Origin: Chromera velia
Taxonomy: Eukaryota
Direction of reading: 5' to 3'
DNA: 48,991 nt
Assembly (NCBI GenBank): GCA_018398765.1
Contig: JAHBMJ010000393.1
Coordinates: 1 to 48,991, forward strand
Shown: in pieces, positions 13,101 through 27,050 of the stretch
How the letters are laid out: the number at the start of each line of letters is the position of its first letter
Numbering within the stretch: position 1 is the stretch's first letter
Position numbers and translations under genes: made by a program
The notes under the pieces: generated by a model
Databases searched by the model: none
The model's input: only the letters and a program-made list of their open reading frames with translations
Told to the model about the DNA's origin: nothing

Positions 13101-16100
13101 AGCCTGAATTCCTATCTCGCTTCCTTCTCCTTCTGCCTGCATCAGCTGACGTGGAGCAGACTTTTCCTTGACTAGCTAAAAAGAGTGATAAAGGGGACGG
13201 TAGAGTGGCTCAAAACGGATGAATTTAACTCGTTCCTGAAAGACGTTGATACCCGAATCAACACACTTGATCGACAGCTCTCCCTCTTCGAAAACATCAT
13301 GGGGAAACCGGTGAGCGACCCAGGGAATATTCAATACAAGGAATTTCAATGCTATTTCCACTCGGCGGAATGTCAAAGCTTATTGAAAATGACAAAGGCC
13401 TGGAAGGAAATGGTCATCGAGAGCCCTCTCTGTTCTGGAAAGATTCTTTTCACCGCCTCATTTGTCAGTCATGCAGCTGGGCGTTGATGCCTGATAAATC
13501 ACGGGGTTTGTCCTGCCTATCTAACTGCAAGTTGCCTTTCGCGTCGGGCTGGGTCAACCTGCCCGTTTTTTTCTTGTCGCCTTTTTCCCTCTTCCACCGT
13601 ATTTCATTTGGTCTACACCTTTACGTTCACTCTGCGGATTGTCCAGGGTTTTCACTCCTTCTCCCGCAGGGGCTCGGACATATCTCCCGATCTTTGCCTG
13701 TGCAGTATTGTTTTAGCACTTGTTTTTTTTTTTTTCTTTGCAACTCGCTTGTACTTCATTGCTGTTGTTGTCTTATGTAGGGTAGCCCGCCCTCTATGAC
13801 TAAGCTGCGTGACGCATATGTTTTACTCTTGGCTGCACTTGATCGAGTTTCTGCATATTTGCTTTTCCTCTCTTATGGCTGCTGAATTTTCGCTTGAAAT
13901 GAACCATGCATATGCAGGACGTGATTGAGGTTAGATTTGACTTTTACACTGGCAATGAAGAGGCTGCAAGATCTTCCGGTTCATCTCTATAACGGGCTTC
14001 GAGATGTGGGGGCACTTCGCTCGCGTATCGAGATCGTTGAAGTCATGAAGAAGGTCGGTCATGCAGGGTGTGTGATTCATACACAGGGGATAGACATCCT
14101 GCTTTATGCATAAGCGCAAACACTCTTGGCTGAACAAACAGACAAAAATGACACTTCGAGGATTTTCAACCTCCTTCCCGTCCCAGCTCACTTGCGCCAT
14201 CTCTGTAGTTGACTCCGGATTGCCTTTTCTCCTGCACTATTTCTCTGCTCTGTGTGGCTCTGCGTTGCTCTCCTTGAGAAGTATCTGCCATCTCCAGCGC
14301 ATATATCCATCTTTCTCAGATATGATCTTTCATATTTTGCCCAGTGTGGCATTTGTCCTTGGCAGTCAACTAACATTGAATACATTCCTGTTGTCGTTGA
14401 ATGTTGAGCGGTCCAACAGAAATGGGCTTCAGCGCAGAATCGGTTTTCTATATCAGGTTCCATGCATGACGCACCCGTATCCATGCAGATCGCGTGGTGC
14501 ATTCCCGAGAAAAGGCCGGAACTTTTCTCATTGATTGGTCTTCACAAACCCAGAAACGGATGCACAAGACCATCATCAAGTACTACAGCGAGGGATGTGG
14601 GGGAGATCTTGCAGCGTCTCCTTCACTCTTTGAGATAGCTCGGGGTGACTTCGAATTTCAATCAAGAGGGAGGTGGGTTGCACGAAGCTCCACTAAAGTT
14701 TCACCAGTGCTCAAGCGATTGCTGCAAAGCGAGTTCGAGGACGTGAGAGATGAGTGGATAGAAAACGAAGGTTTCTTGAAACCACTGCACGAGGAGCTTA
14801 GTGAAGGAGGTGTGCAAGGCGTGAATGCTGTCGTAAGGATGATTTCGCAGGTCCGTATCTGTCTTTCGTTGATCTAGGACCTTGTGAGTAGATTATCAAG
14901 GTGCTCTACATGTTAGCTGAGAACGCACTGTCCCCCCCAGGCTGCTCGAATCGGTCGTCCAACAAGCAGCCTGAGGGCTCGATGCAGGGTTTGGCCTGCC
15001 ATTTGACAGTACTTTTTCGATAAAACATTTGGATGGCGACAAAACATTTGGATGGCACAATGATTCTGTGCATATAGATGAGAGAGTTTGCCATCTTTCT
15101 CTGCGGCCCTCCTTGTTGTCTCCGGCTGCATGCCTCTCTCTAGTGCTCTTCTTCATGCAAGATGCCCTCACATTGTAATTAAGTTCTACCAGAGAGATCC
15201 ACGCACTTCTGTGAATTGGAATGGTCGAAGGGTCTAATGAGAATTAATCGGGTCGTGGACGGTCCGTTTTTAGTTCCCGGCCCTGTCTTCTGTTCCTGTT
15301 TTCACGCCCAAGACCGAGAGAGAGCAATTGGGAGGCGGGAGAGGGGGTTGGTGTTTGTGTGCGTACGCATGTATGTATATAGGTGCATGTAAATATGTAT
15401 GTGTGTGTGTCCTTGTGCAGAAAATTAGGGAAGCAATGGATGCTGACCCCTTGCTTTGTATGAATCTCTTAGTTGTGGTTGAGCATTTTCTGAAAGCTTT
15501 CCAACAAGTCGCCGAGAGCACAGCAAAGGTAGAAGCTGGGGTGCATCGGCTGACGGTGACCGATCGAGCCGTAGCGATGGGTATCAAGAGGAGAGCTCAA
15601 TTATGTAGGCATGTCGCTGTCTTCGAGATCTTGGGCCTTCTCTCACTTTACGAAGAAACCGTCATGCTTGACAGAAAAGTGATGGAACAGAATGTGTCCT
15701 GAGCGTTATCTATCAATAGTCAGGCGTACAAGACAGGCCTGAATGAGGTGTCCAAGCGGGGGGGCTTTTCTGAGAGGGACTGTGGGGAGTTTGATGAGGT
15801 TGCTATAGAATAATGTCATATGAAAGAAACCGCATTCATTCATTCAAATCCCGCCTGTTCTTCTTCTTCTTCGTCATCTTCTTGTTTTTTGAATGCTGCT
15901 GCTGCCGCCACTACTGCTGAATCTGCCCTCTCAACCCCCCGTCAGTCAAGTTCTGTCCCTTCTTCCACATCACCGCATTCTGCATCTGTATTTCCAATGC
16001 TATCAAGGAGAGATGAAACTAAGACGAACCAGGATGAAGGAGGAGAGCTTCTGCAGACTGGTTCATGTGATCAGACAAAAGTCAAGGGGGATCGGATGGG

Positions 16101-16234
16101 GAGAGATCCAGAACCCATCGACCATCTGCCTGACCGACCGTTTGCGTGAAGTCCTGCTCAAAGCTGCTGACGCTCTTCAGGAGAGCCTCGATACCGACTT
16201 GAAGCCATTTAGTCTCTTCACCTTTGGTCCATGA
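10135..16234 (+). pseudogene. DUF6604-family large helical protein, multi-exon, disrupted
   Basis: Exon 1 GRYSNYKKATEIIWKWLEKNA spliced (GTAAGT about 10247, acceptor about 10518) to LKRAADEI...LDKSIRLRTEVS...AHSFFIYALDRLRQRL. Later blocks LLLDL...E*...ASAVT, SPLCSG, HLYNGL and DPLLCMNL follow the order seen in DUF6604 proteins. In-frame TAG at 11268, further stops and frameshifts; the presumed start reads ATA. Confidence 0.7.
10377..10532 (+). repeat. 78-bp tandem duplication spanning a 3' splice site
   Basis: Copies at 10377-10454 and 10455-10532 differ at two C/T positions; both end in CGCAG|GTTTGAAGCCCAGC. Confidence 0.9.
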
Positions 16235-17270
16235 CTTCATAGGTGATTTTTTGCGTTGGGTGTGTTTATCGCATGCGAAAAAACGGTAGAATGGGTCATG
16301 ATTGGTTGTGTAAAAACATTGAGATCCATTTTGTGAGATTTTTGTGAGTGAGTGATTTATAAGTGGTCCGAATGATTCCGTTTGGGCACCCAGCTGTCTG
16401 AGTTCTTTCATGTTCTTTCAGCAGAGATTTGTGTATCATGCATTATGAATTTGACCTGACGGATCGAGTCAGAAAGACTGGGAAAAAGATATAAAAAGAT
16501 GACAAAGTGCGTGTTCTGTTCCGTTGTATATTCAAGTTCAAAAAGTTGTTCATGGCATCTCAAACTGTCACTCTCTGATTCGTTTTGCCGGAGGTCTGCT
16601 CGTGTAGACAACATATCAATTATTCACTGCATAATTCTCAGGTATATTGTTAGAATTATATTCTAGACTTATACTGCATAAGTAGCGGTAAAGTTAGTAA
16701 TATTTTATGAAAATCTTCACATTTTTAGGACTTAACTTCATATAATTTTTGTTCCAAACTTTCAATTCAGGTTTTAGAAGTACTATAACCCATCATGCTA
16801 GCCATCAAGTAGAGAATTTATATAAGAGAAACAATTAACACTAGAAACTACTAGAGAAACTACTAGAAACAACCTAGAAAATAACTCTGCCAGCAATACT
16901 GCTTTACAGTAATTTAAAGCCCGCTTTCTTAACTAGCTCCTTAAATCAAATTTAAGTTAATCTAAATGAGATTTTTAACTAGTAAACTCTAGAGTAAACT
17001 TAAATTACTAGCTAAATTAGTAATATTATTTATACTAACCCTAGCACTATATAATCTCTGTACATAATATTAATCAGTGATCATACTCATTCAACCAGAC
17101 TTGAACTATGCAATGGTGTCTTAACTGCTAGCTTAATAACCTTAACTGTCATGTATAGTAATTAAACACATAGGTTTTGGAGGAAGAAAGCGATCGCCGA
17201 CCGCGTATATAAACTATTAATTAACAGGTAGATTAACAGATAGACTTGTTATGTTCAACTACTAGTAGAC

Positions 17271-17985
17271 AGCTGCTGGGTGTGGGCTAGCATACGACAC
17301 ATTGACATATAGGTGCGCCGTTTATTAGAGTCCAAGGACTGTCAGACATGCAAGACATAGAAGGGAAAAACGTTTTATCATACTTGGATACACTTCACCA
17401 TACTGAGGCATGCCAGCGGGAATTAATTGTCTCTCAGAGATGCCGTGGCCCCCACCTTCATCCGGTCTATGACACACAGCCTTGATGCAGACATGCCGGA
17501 ACCATTGTGTTGTACCGTGCACTGCCACGGTGTTGCATCGCGCGCATGCCATACAGTTGCCGAACGATTGCAGGACGATCGTGCATGTGGGCCGAAACAG
17601 CGGCACACAACATGATGTGTACAACTACGTAGCTGCTGGTGAGTATGGGCTAGCGTACGACATATTGACATGTAGGTGCACCGTTTATTAGAGTCCAAGG
17701 ATTGTCAGACATGCAGGACATAGAAGGGAAAAACGTTTCATCACACTTAGATACACTTCACCGCACTGGGGCATGCCGGCGGGAATTAATTGTCTCTCAT
17801 AGATGCCGTGGCCCCCGCTTTTATCCGGTCTATGACACAGTATGCCAGTGACAGCCTTAATGCAGACATGCCGGAACCATTGTGTTGTACCGCACACTGC
17901 CACGGTGTTGCATCACGCGCATGCCATACAGTTGCCGAACGATTGCGGGACGACCGTGCATGTGGACTGACACAGCGGCACACAA
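17271..17985. repeat. Tandem duplication, period about 360 bp
   Basis: 17271-17610 aligns with 17631-17985, with about 27 substitutions, one 12-bp indel and one small indel. Confidence 0.92.
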
Positions 17986-18387
17986 GAAGACTAACAGACT
18001 ATTACATTAATTTAAAAATATTTTGTTTAGTCTGAGTCTTTTTAATTTTGTAGATACTGTATGACCATGTGATCCTTGAAAGACGTTCGAAGCTAGATTT
18101 AAAACCTCAAAATCTAGAATCAAATTAAAAATCCGTTTGACTTTAAAGCTGTATAAGCAAACAAGTTTGTCACAAACGCTATCACATTCACGAACGTTGA
18201 CGACTGAAGTTCACTGAACAGAGACTTTGTTGACTGTCAGGCTCACTACTGATATGTGCATACAAAACAGAATTCATGTGAGTGGCAGGTTCGCATGCGT
18301 GATCAGCGCATCGATTGGTATCGGAGTCAACCGGTCAATCGTCACACTCAGGCTGCAGCAACGGTGTGTGGGTGGGCCGATCGCCAG

Positions 18388-20742
18388 CTATAAAACGCTG
18401 GCCTCCTTGGTGGCCTCGGTATCGAGCTCAGTCATCATCCCGGTCTCAAGTTCCTCTCTCACGCCCCCTGCAACACGTGTGGTCAACCAGAAGAGCGCAT
18501 TGGTTTTGTTTATGGGGCTTCGCGAGAGTTCGCAGCCAGCCCATAGCACTGGCATCCACACGTTTAGCCAAATGGGCAAAAGGACAGATAAATGGATGGA
18601 TGCAAAGATCGATCGATCGAGAACGTCGCACAAGCAGATTTAAACGACGTCAGCGAAAGAGGAAGAACAGAGAAAAGAAGCCGCGAGGAGACAGGCCAGG
18701 CCTCGATCCATGAAAGAGAGAGAAGAGAGTGGACGAGTGAAGTGAGTGAAGTGAAAGGACTCACGTCGGAGTGCAATCTCCTCCAAAGCGGTCTCTCTCA
18801 GGAGCCACAACGATACAGGCTGCACACATTTACACACGGAACGCAGGATTACAGAGTGAGGAAGAATCGTATGTGGGATGTGCTATTCAGAAAAAAAGAC
18901 CAGACTTATCCAGTCACACTGTCCCTCTCTCACATGAACGCTACAAGAAGACACAGATGGTCGGTCACACGCGTGCATTTCATACAGACGCAGAACTAGG
19001 CAGGAAAGTAGAAACACCTTCACGCAGACTGAACGCGAAAGGGGCCTATGGCACAACCGTTTCTTCCCCCTCTTTTGCTTCCGCATTTCTTCCATCTCCT
19101 CCCCGCACTGCACTGACGGACCCTCTCTACAGCCGAGGCCGCCACCGCCACGTAGTGAAGGCCCTGAGCGGCCAGTTTGCCTGAGAGAGGAAAAAGGAGG
19201 GGTCAAGTAAGGTGTTCATGATTGATTGATTGATTGATTGATGCCAAACCCTAGGTGGAGTTAGAACTCCCGGGCGGCGCATACATGCATCATATCTGTG
19301 TTCAGGGAAAACCCCCAGAAGAACTGGCGATCTTTCATTGAAGTGAGTGAACAGGGTAATTATTTTCCAATATGCGTCTCCTTCCCTCGCATTCGAGGTT
19401 TCTCTCCCCCCAAGAGGCCTATCTGTCTGTTTGACCAATGCACGAGCTACAGCATACAGACAGTGTTACTTCATCTTCCATTTGCCGGGACACTTCTGCA
19501 AGATTGATTCTCTTTCAGTGCTTCTGTGCATTAATCGCCTGCATGGGTCGTGTGAGAAGCTCCGCAAAAGAAAGCCTTCTCAACCGTTGTGCAACCAACC
19601 ATTCTCAAACCTTGCAGCATATGGAAGGGTCTTGTCGGCGATCCCCGCCATGTCGTAGGTTGTGTAGATGTTTGCCTCGATTCTGATCGCCCTGTCTGCG
19701 AGGTTGGCCTGCGTAGTGAAGGAAGGGAAGGGAAGAGAAGAGACACTTGACTGTTGAGAAATTACCTTTCAAAGAAATAGAACACGGCCGAGTACTGTGG
19801 TGACGCACATGTCTGAAAAAAAGAAAAGGTTCAAAAGTGGACTCCAAGACTGGGACCACCTTCTCTGTCTTTCTGCCGGTGTGACACTCTCTTGAGGAGA
19901 CTCCATCGACTGAAAGTCTCCAACCTATCGATTCAAAGTGCACCCTGTCACAACACGTGGACAAAGCAAAAAGGAAGAACGCAAAAAAACATGAAGCAAA
20001 AGATAGAGAGAGAAGAGGGGATCCCGGCCCATTCATCCTCTCCGTTCTACTTCTCCCGTCCCCCCCTTCCCTCAACAGACAGACCTTGACGAAAGCAATC
20101 TCACGAGAGAGCATGGCCTGACTGAACTGAGTCGTCTTATATCCTACAGGCAGGCAGGTAGGCAGGCAGACATCCTCCCCCCCTCAAGTTAAGTTAGAGT
20201 CGAGAACGCGAAAGGAAAAGAATGGAGGAGAGACATGGCACTACCAAGAGAGTCAGTGGGGGAAAAAGGAACAAGTTGGCGAATGAACGGGCGGGGGGGC
20301 ATTCATCCTTTTATTCTTTTTCTTTTATATACGTACCCCTCTACGCAGTGCCGCACGTAGGTAGTATGCAGAGAATAAAAGAAGCAAGCACCTCGGCCAT
20401 CGCCCCTTTCTGGACTACAAGCCTTCCTTTCTCCTTCCGTCCCTCAGCCCGCCCTCTCCCCACCTGTATAGAAGACGATCCCAGGAATCGAGACGTCTCC
20501 GTCCTTTGTGTCCAGCTGGGGGGGGAGTTGACACCCGATGAAATTGTCAACCTGATTCTGCGGAAGAACAAAAACAGAGGAGGAACAACGCAGACATCCA
20601 ACAGGTGCGCCTCATGTGAGATCTGCTGTGTGCGATGGATTGCCTCAGGAGCCGTTATGGAGAACAGTCATTCCTCCACCGAGTACTAACAGACAGACTA
20701 AAACACACACGCGGGTGCGACAAAGATCGAAACTGAAGAGAC

Positions 20743-20780
<38 letters not shown>

Positions 20781-23214
20781 AGTCACAAATTAGCAGAAAC
20801 TCCAGATGACTCCTCCACCCCCCCAATCCAACGACCCCACCCACTCACCGCGAGTGCGAGCAGCTCCTTCAATTGCAACATCCCAAGTCCATACGCAGCG
20901 ACCTTCATGTCCTTAGGTGCAGGGTCTGGTGGGAACACGAACGGGGTGTACAGAGTCTTGAGGGTGGGGTCGTATCCCTGCGTAAAAAGAAAAAAAAGGT
21001 GTACAGAGTCTTGAGGGTGGGGTCGTATCCCTGTGTAAAAAGAAAAAAAAGGTGTACAGAGTCTTGAGGGTGGGGTCGTATCCCTGCGTAAAAAGAAAAA
21101 AAAGGTGTACAGAGTCTTGAGGGTGGGGTCGTATCCCTGAAGGAAGGGAATTAACGAGAAGGGGTAAAAGGAAAGAGAGGGAAGAGGGCCTTTTCAGGAA
21201 TTTGAACACACACTTTGCGCATCATCTGTGAATCGAACTCTCTCTGTCGCGTGGCGGCCCTTTCTTCTCTCTTGTCTTTTCCTTTTGCCCCAAAAGAAAA
21301 GAACGGGGGCGAGTCCATCTCACGCCCTTTTTCAAATATTTCCATGCAGCCCCCCCAGCAGACTCCGCTCGCCCTTCTGCCATCAGATCTGTCTCGTCTC
21401 TTCAAACAAAAGAACCAGCATCTTCATCCATCCCACACACCCCAAGACATTCACAATCCCACCTCCGTACTGAAACACTGACCTCCATCTTTGGGTATAC
21501 TTTGTCTTCCCTCTCCTTCAACCAATCGTTGAGGGTCCAGCAGGATCTGGATGCACGAACGCGCAACTCCGCGCCCTGCAGAAAACACACAGAAAAGGGA
21601 GCGCGGTGCCGAATATCTCCTTCTGTCTTCTTTTCGTTTTCTGGATTTCTGTCGTCTTCTCCAGAAAGCCTCAGTGTCAAATGACTCCAATTTTCGTTGT
21701 CTCTCTCTTCTTCTCTTCTGACCTCGATGGCGATCGTGAGCATCGTTTGCATTTGGTCTCTGAAGAATCGGACCAGCACCGGCTTCACGGGGCTCCTTTG
21801 CATCACTCGAATAATCGCCTCGCAGACTGTCCGAGAGTTGACCTGCATGAATGGATTCATTGATTCAACTACAGACACAGATAGGCACAAGGCCACAAGC
21901 ATAAATACAAATGCAGATAGAGTGAAAGGAAGAGAAAACAAAAAGTGTGCACAGGCCATGACTCAAATCAAAGGACAGTCGCAGATCCTTCCCTCCCATT
22001 CCTCTGACTGACCTGTCTTCCATCAATTTGCTCGATGTGTCTGAAGTTTCCGGTCTGGTCGGTGATCAGAAGTTCCCACAGTTTCTTTCCCTTTGGCCCC
22101 CCCACTCTGACAGAACGGGAGTACAGGTCCATCTGCCACTCGTCTGAGATCAGCTCTCCAAGAATATATGTATCTCCGGGGTAGTCGCCAGGGATGCGGC
22201 CAGAGGAATCTGCAGACAGACCCATACGAAAGCAGAAGAAGAAGAAGAAGAAGAAGAAGAAATGAAGGAGAGAAAAAGAGCCAGACAACGAATTGTGGTG
22301 TCAAAAAGGGGGGTGCATCACTGCAGACGAAATAAGATATGCAAGTCGGCTTCTAAGAAAGGCAGGACGAACGCATATCACAACACGGTCAAATACAAGG
22401 AAAAGACCCCGCTTCGCTTCCAGTGCACTTCACCAACACACCTGCAACTCTGAGCAGATTGGCAATTCTCTGCTCTGTCCGTGACTTCAAAAAATTCAGG
22501 TCAGCTTCCTCCTCTTCTGCATCTTCATCTTCATCCTCCTCCACCTCCACCTCCTCCCATTGGTCTCCATCCTCCTCCTCCTCTGCCTCTCCAGCCGCGT
22601 CTTCAGAAACTGCTTTTTCTTCTGCACTTTCCTCCTCCTCTTCACCGGCATCCCCTTCCTCTTCTGCATCTTCAAACAGACCGTCGATGTACTTCCATGC
22701 GAGTTTGAAGCCCTTCAGGTCGACCTGCAAGGTCGCAGGCAAGGAGGGAGGGAGGGAGGGGGAAGAAATTTTGTATGGATACAAATGTAGATGTGTGTAG
22801 ACGTCCACTTGTATGAAAATTCGTCCAGATGCTCGTCAGAGCGATATCTGCATCTATCACTATGTCTCCTGGAAGAATCCGGAAAATGCAATGGCCGGGT
22901 ATCCATGTTGCTTCTTTGATTACCGATCCCACAGAAGCAACTCTGACTGATTGATTGACGAACTGACTGACCCTGTTTTTCTTGACCTTCTCCACTGCGT
23001 CCCATGCTTCCTTCAGGTCCTCCATCGTCAGCTGACCTGGTGATATGTATTGGAACGGGGTGGGGGTTGAGAAGAGAAGGGGGAAGGCGGAAGAAACGGA
23101 AAGTTGGGGAGTTTTACGGGTAGACGGGCAGGCACCGACAGCGGAGAGAAACCAGAGTACACACACACACATTTACGGGTAGACGGGCAGGCACCGACAG
23201 CGGAGAGAAACCAG

Positions 23215-23264
<50 letters not shown>

Positions 23265-26200
23265 AGCACAAAGCACGGAAGGTTCTGCTAGACTCTGTTC
23301 AGTATTCTTGACCCTTTCCTTTGACAAGCCCAGGTCAAAAACGCCCCCCCCCCCCCCNNNNNNNNNNNNNNNNNNNNNNNNNNNNNNNNNNNNNNNNNNN
23401 NNNNNNNNNNNNNNNNNNNNNNNNNNNNNNNNNNNNNNNNNNNNNNNNNNNNNNNNNNNNNNNNNNNNCCCCCCCCCCCAGACCGACCGTCTTTGAGGGC
23501 CTCCTGGTACTCAGAATATTGGATGAAGCGCTCGAAGTCGACAAGAGAAGTGAAGGGGTCGGCTAACTGGCAGTACTCCTGTTTGATGCAGGGAAAACAA
23601 ACAGGCAGAGAATCTGAGAATGGAGAAAAGAGAGAAGGGAACACTGGTTGCATGGGCAGTCAGGATGCATCGAGCAAACGGTCTTCTGAAACAACATGAC
23701 CCCTGTTCTTGCATTTCTCCTCACCTTCCGCCTTCTTCCTTTTCTCTCCTGGCAGACAGCTCGTTTTCTTCTGGTTCGTAGGCTTCATTTTTCTTTTGGT
23801 TGCTGCAAAGACTGACCACGGCAATCTCGCTCGGCAGCTTCATGGTTTTCCCTCCCGCCTGCAGACAAACAAAAGTGAGAGAGAAGCGAGATGCTAAAGA
23901 AAAGAAGAATGCCGGTCCTTGGAGGACAGTCTGGCAGGCATATGCGGTGTGCGGAAACGGAAACGAGTGCAGGCAAAAGGAAAGAAAATATGACCTCGGC
24001 ACATACACAAAAATGAATGCACCAAGCACGACTAGACTAAGGTGAGCGCGTGCTTTTATGAGCTTGCAATCAGTCAAATGATTTTCACTGCGTGCTTGAA
24101 TTTCGGATGTTGACTGACCATTCTCCTGCCGATTTCCACGGGCTTTCCAAATTCGACCGCAGCGATTGACTGGAAGGCGCTCAGTTCGTCGTCAGTCATC
24201 ATGGAGAAGTCAATCTCCTCCAGCTTCGCCTCGGGCCTGGAGGGAGGCCGACACAGAGACAGCAGGTGAGACAGAGAGAGAGAAGTGAAGCGAAAAAAAG
24301 AAAAAAAGGAGAAACAACTCAGTGGAACACCTTCATCTGACGCACAGCAATATTGAGCGAAAATACCCGCAAAACTGAGAAAAGAGACCAAGAGTGCTCT
24401 ACTTCTCCGACACACTGATTAACAGACCGAGAGACGGGCAGGCAGACAGACTGACAGCGGAGAGAAGTCGATGTAGGCTTCAGTAGCAAGGGTGTTGTCG
24501 TCCGCGTCTCCTTCGTTCTGTCTCTGATCTCGGCGTGCCTGCAGGGACATAGACAGACACAGATAGACAGACAGACAGGCAAAGGACGGCAGCAAAGGGG
24601 CGTCAAGCAAAAAGGAAAGCGCGTTGACTCGAACGCCAGGCAGGTGTGACCACTCGAATTTTTCGAGACACAGACATACTTTGGTGCATCTTGCTGAAAC
24701 CCTTTCGCCGCGATACGTTGGCGAAGAAAGAGCATGAACAAAAAGACAAAGAGATTGTGCGGCACTTGGCCTGCAATCTTTCAGAACCTGGCATCAGGGA
24801 TGCCTCTGTGTCTTGTGATGAGAACTCTATGCAGAAAAATGTATACATAAAATTAGGACGCAAGACAACGTCTTACCCTTCTACTCCCTGACCTTTGCCT
24901 TCTCGAGGCTCCTTTCAATTTGGTCTAGATCCTCTTCATCGTACTCTCCGAAGACCTTGTCCTGTTCCAGTTCCACGTCGATCTTTCCCTCCTTCTGCAG
25001 CTTCCTCTTTCTTATGGCCCTCGCTTGGTCTTCCATCTCTAGCTCCATCTCCTCGAGCATCTCCAACTCCTCCTTCATACCCTCTGCAGGAGGAAAGAGA
25101 CAAGAGGAGAGAAGGAAGAATCAGATGGACAGACGGACTTTCAGACATGTGAAAGAAGGCCGACTGCGAGACACGCTAGCGGACAGAAAAAGTAATGCAA
25201 ACCGAGGGAGAGACCGAGAGCGGCAGATAGAAGAGAAGAGAAATCGGCAGAGAGGCGATCGAACACGCTCCACGCAAGCCCGATAAGCAGATTCCCCTCC
25301 CAAGTCTGACGTGTCTGTGGCTGTCCCAGCTGTTCCATTACCTCCATGGGTTCGATTGAAGCTTTCTCGAGCCTCTCCTTTCGCAACCTCTTTTTCATCC
25401 TCTCTCTTATCATCCTCTCCCTCTCAGGGTCGCGTCTTTCAACCAACCCCGTCTGCAGACGCAGAGGCAGGCACGGATAAGGAAAGGCCTCGGGGGACAA
25501 CTTTTTTGGAAATCTGTTCTTCAGGGGTTTTCGACCACAAGTCGATCCGCATCGATGAAGAACTCGAACAAAACACGAGAGAGATCAAGACCAACACACA
25601 GACTCTCCCAATCCTCAAAAATCATATATACATAAAAAGGCAGAGAGAGATAATGAGGAAGAGAACATGATAGGAGGCCCTCGATCACTTGTTTTGGGAG
25701 CTGAATGTTGACACACACAGAGAGAGAGAGAGAGACAGAGAGAGAGAGAGAGAACACATTTGCCTGTTTTTCAAAACTGGCGGGAACGAAGCATGAATCC
25801 ACAGTGTTGTACAGCCTCCCTCCGACTTACTGACATCAATGGCGAGTTGCAATTGCGTTGCGGGGTCCATTTTCTTTCCGGCCTTCGCTTCCATTTCGTC
25901 TTTTTTCTTCTGGAACTCTTTTACTGCCTCCCGGAGGTCTTTCGGATTTTCCCTTTCTGCACGCCAAAGGGACAAGAGGAAAGAAGATACAGAGAAGACC
26001 GGTCAAGCCAGTAAACAGAGGGCTGCATGGTAGAATGCGTGCGACCTTCGAAACATGAATACCAACGCGCTGGGCCGCAAGCATGGAAACCGACGGCTCA
26101 ACGGATCGGTAGGCGGCAAGAACAGCCAGCGAAGAAGCTCTGAATCTTCTTTTCTTTTCGGTCATCCTCTTTCTACCTGGTCACCACAAACGAATTCGAA

Positions 26201-26625
26201 AGATCAACAGAGAGAGGGGCAGAACCACAGATGAAAGAGACGTAGAGACGGACGAACAAGCAAAGAGAGCGCACAGCAGCGAAGACCAAGAGGTCGGAAG
26301 CACAACGACACGAAAAAACGAATAGAACGCTGCATTGGTCGGAGAGACGACCTTTTGATGTCTTCTTTTCGCCTTCTTCCCCCTCTTTCTTCTCTGAAAA
26401 TTTCGTTTCCTTTTTCTCCTTCGAGCCGCCAGAAGGGAACACCAGACCTCCCTCCAAGGAGGCCGCTCCTGCAGGCAGAGAGAGAGAGAACGACAAAAGT
26501 AAACAAACATGTAAAGGCATGCAGTCAAATTTGGGGCCGGTCATAGTAGAGAAGCAAGGGATGGGATGAAGATGCGGAGATGACGCAAAAAGAAACGAAA
26601 AGCAACACTCACTCAAGGTTCACCT

Positions 26626-26676
<51 letters not shown>

Positions 26677-27011
26677 NNNNNNNNNNNNNNNNNNNNNNNN
26701 NNNNNNNNNNNNNNNNNNNNNNNNNNNNNNNNNNNNNNNNNNNNNNNNNNNNNNNNNNNNNNNNNNNNNNNNNNNNNNNNNNNNNNNNNNNNNNNNNNNN
26801 NNNNNNNNNNNNNNNNNNNNNNNNNNNNNNNNNNNNNNNNNNNNNNNNNNNNNNNNNNNNNNNNNNNNNNNNNNNNNNNNNNNNNNNNNNNNNNNNNNNN
26901 NNNNNNNNNNNNNNNNNNNNNNNNNNNNNNNNNNNNNNNNNNNNNNNNNNNNNNNNNNNNNNNNNNNNNNNNNNNNNNNNNNNNNNNNNNNNNNNNNNNN
27001 NNNNNNNNNGG

Positions 27012-27050
<39 letters not shown>

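Noticed and set aside
20945..21139. Repeat-spacer-like pattern as CRISPR
   Set aside because: The 'spacers' are near-identical; it is a tandem duplication of a splice acceptor.
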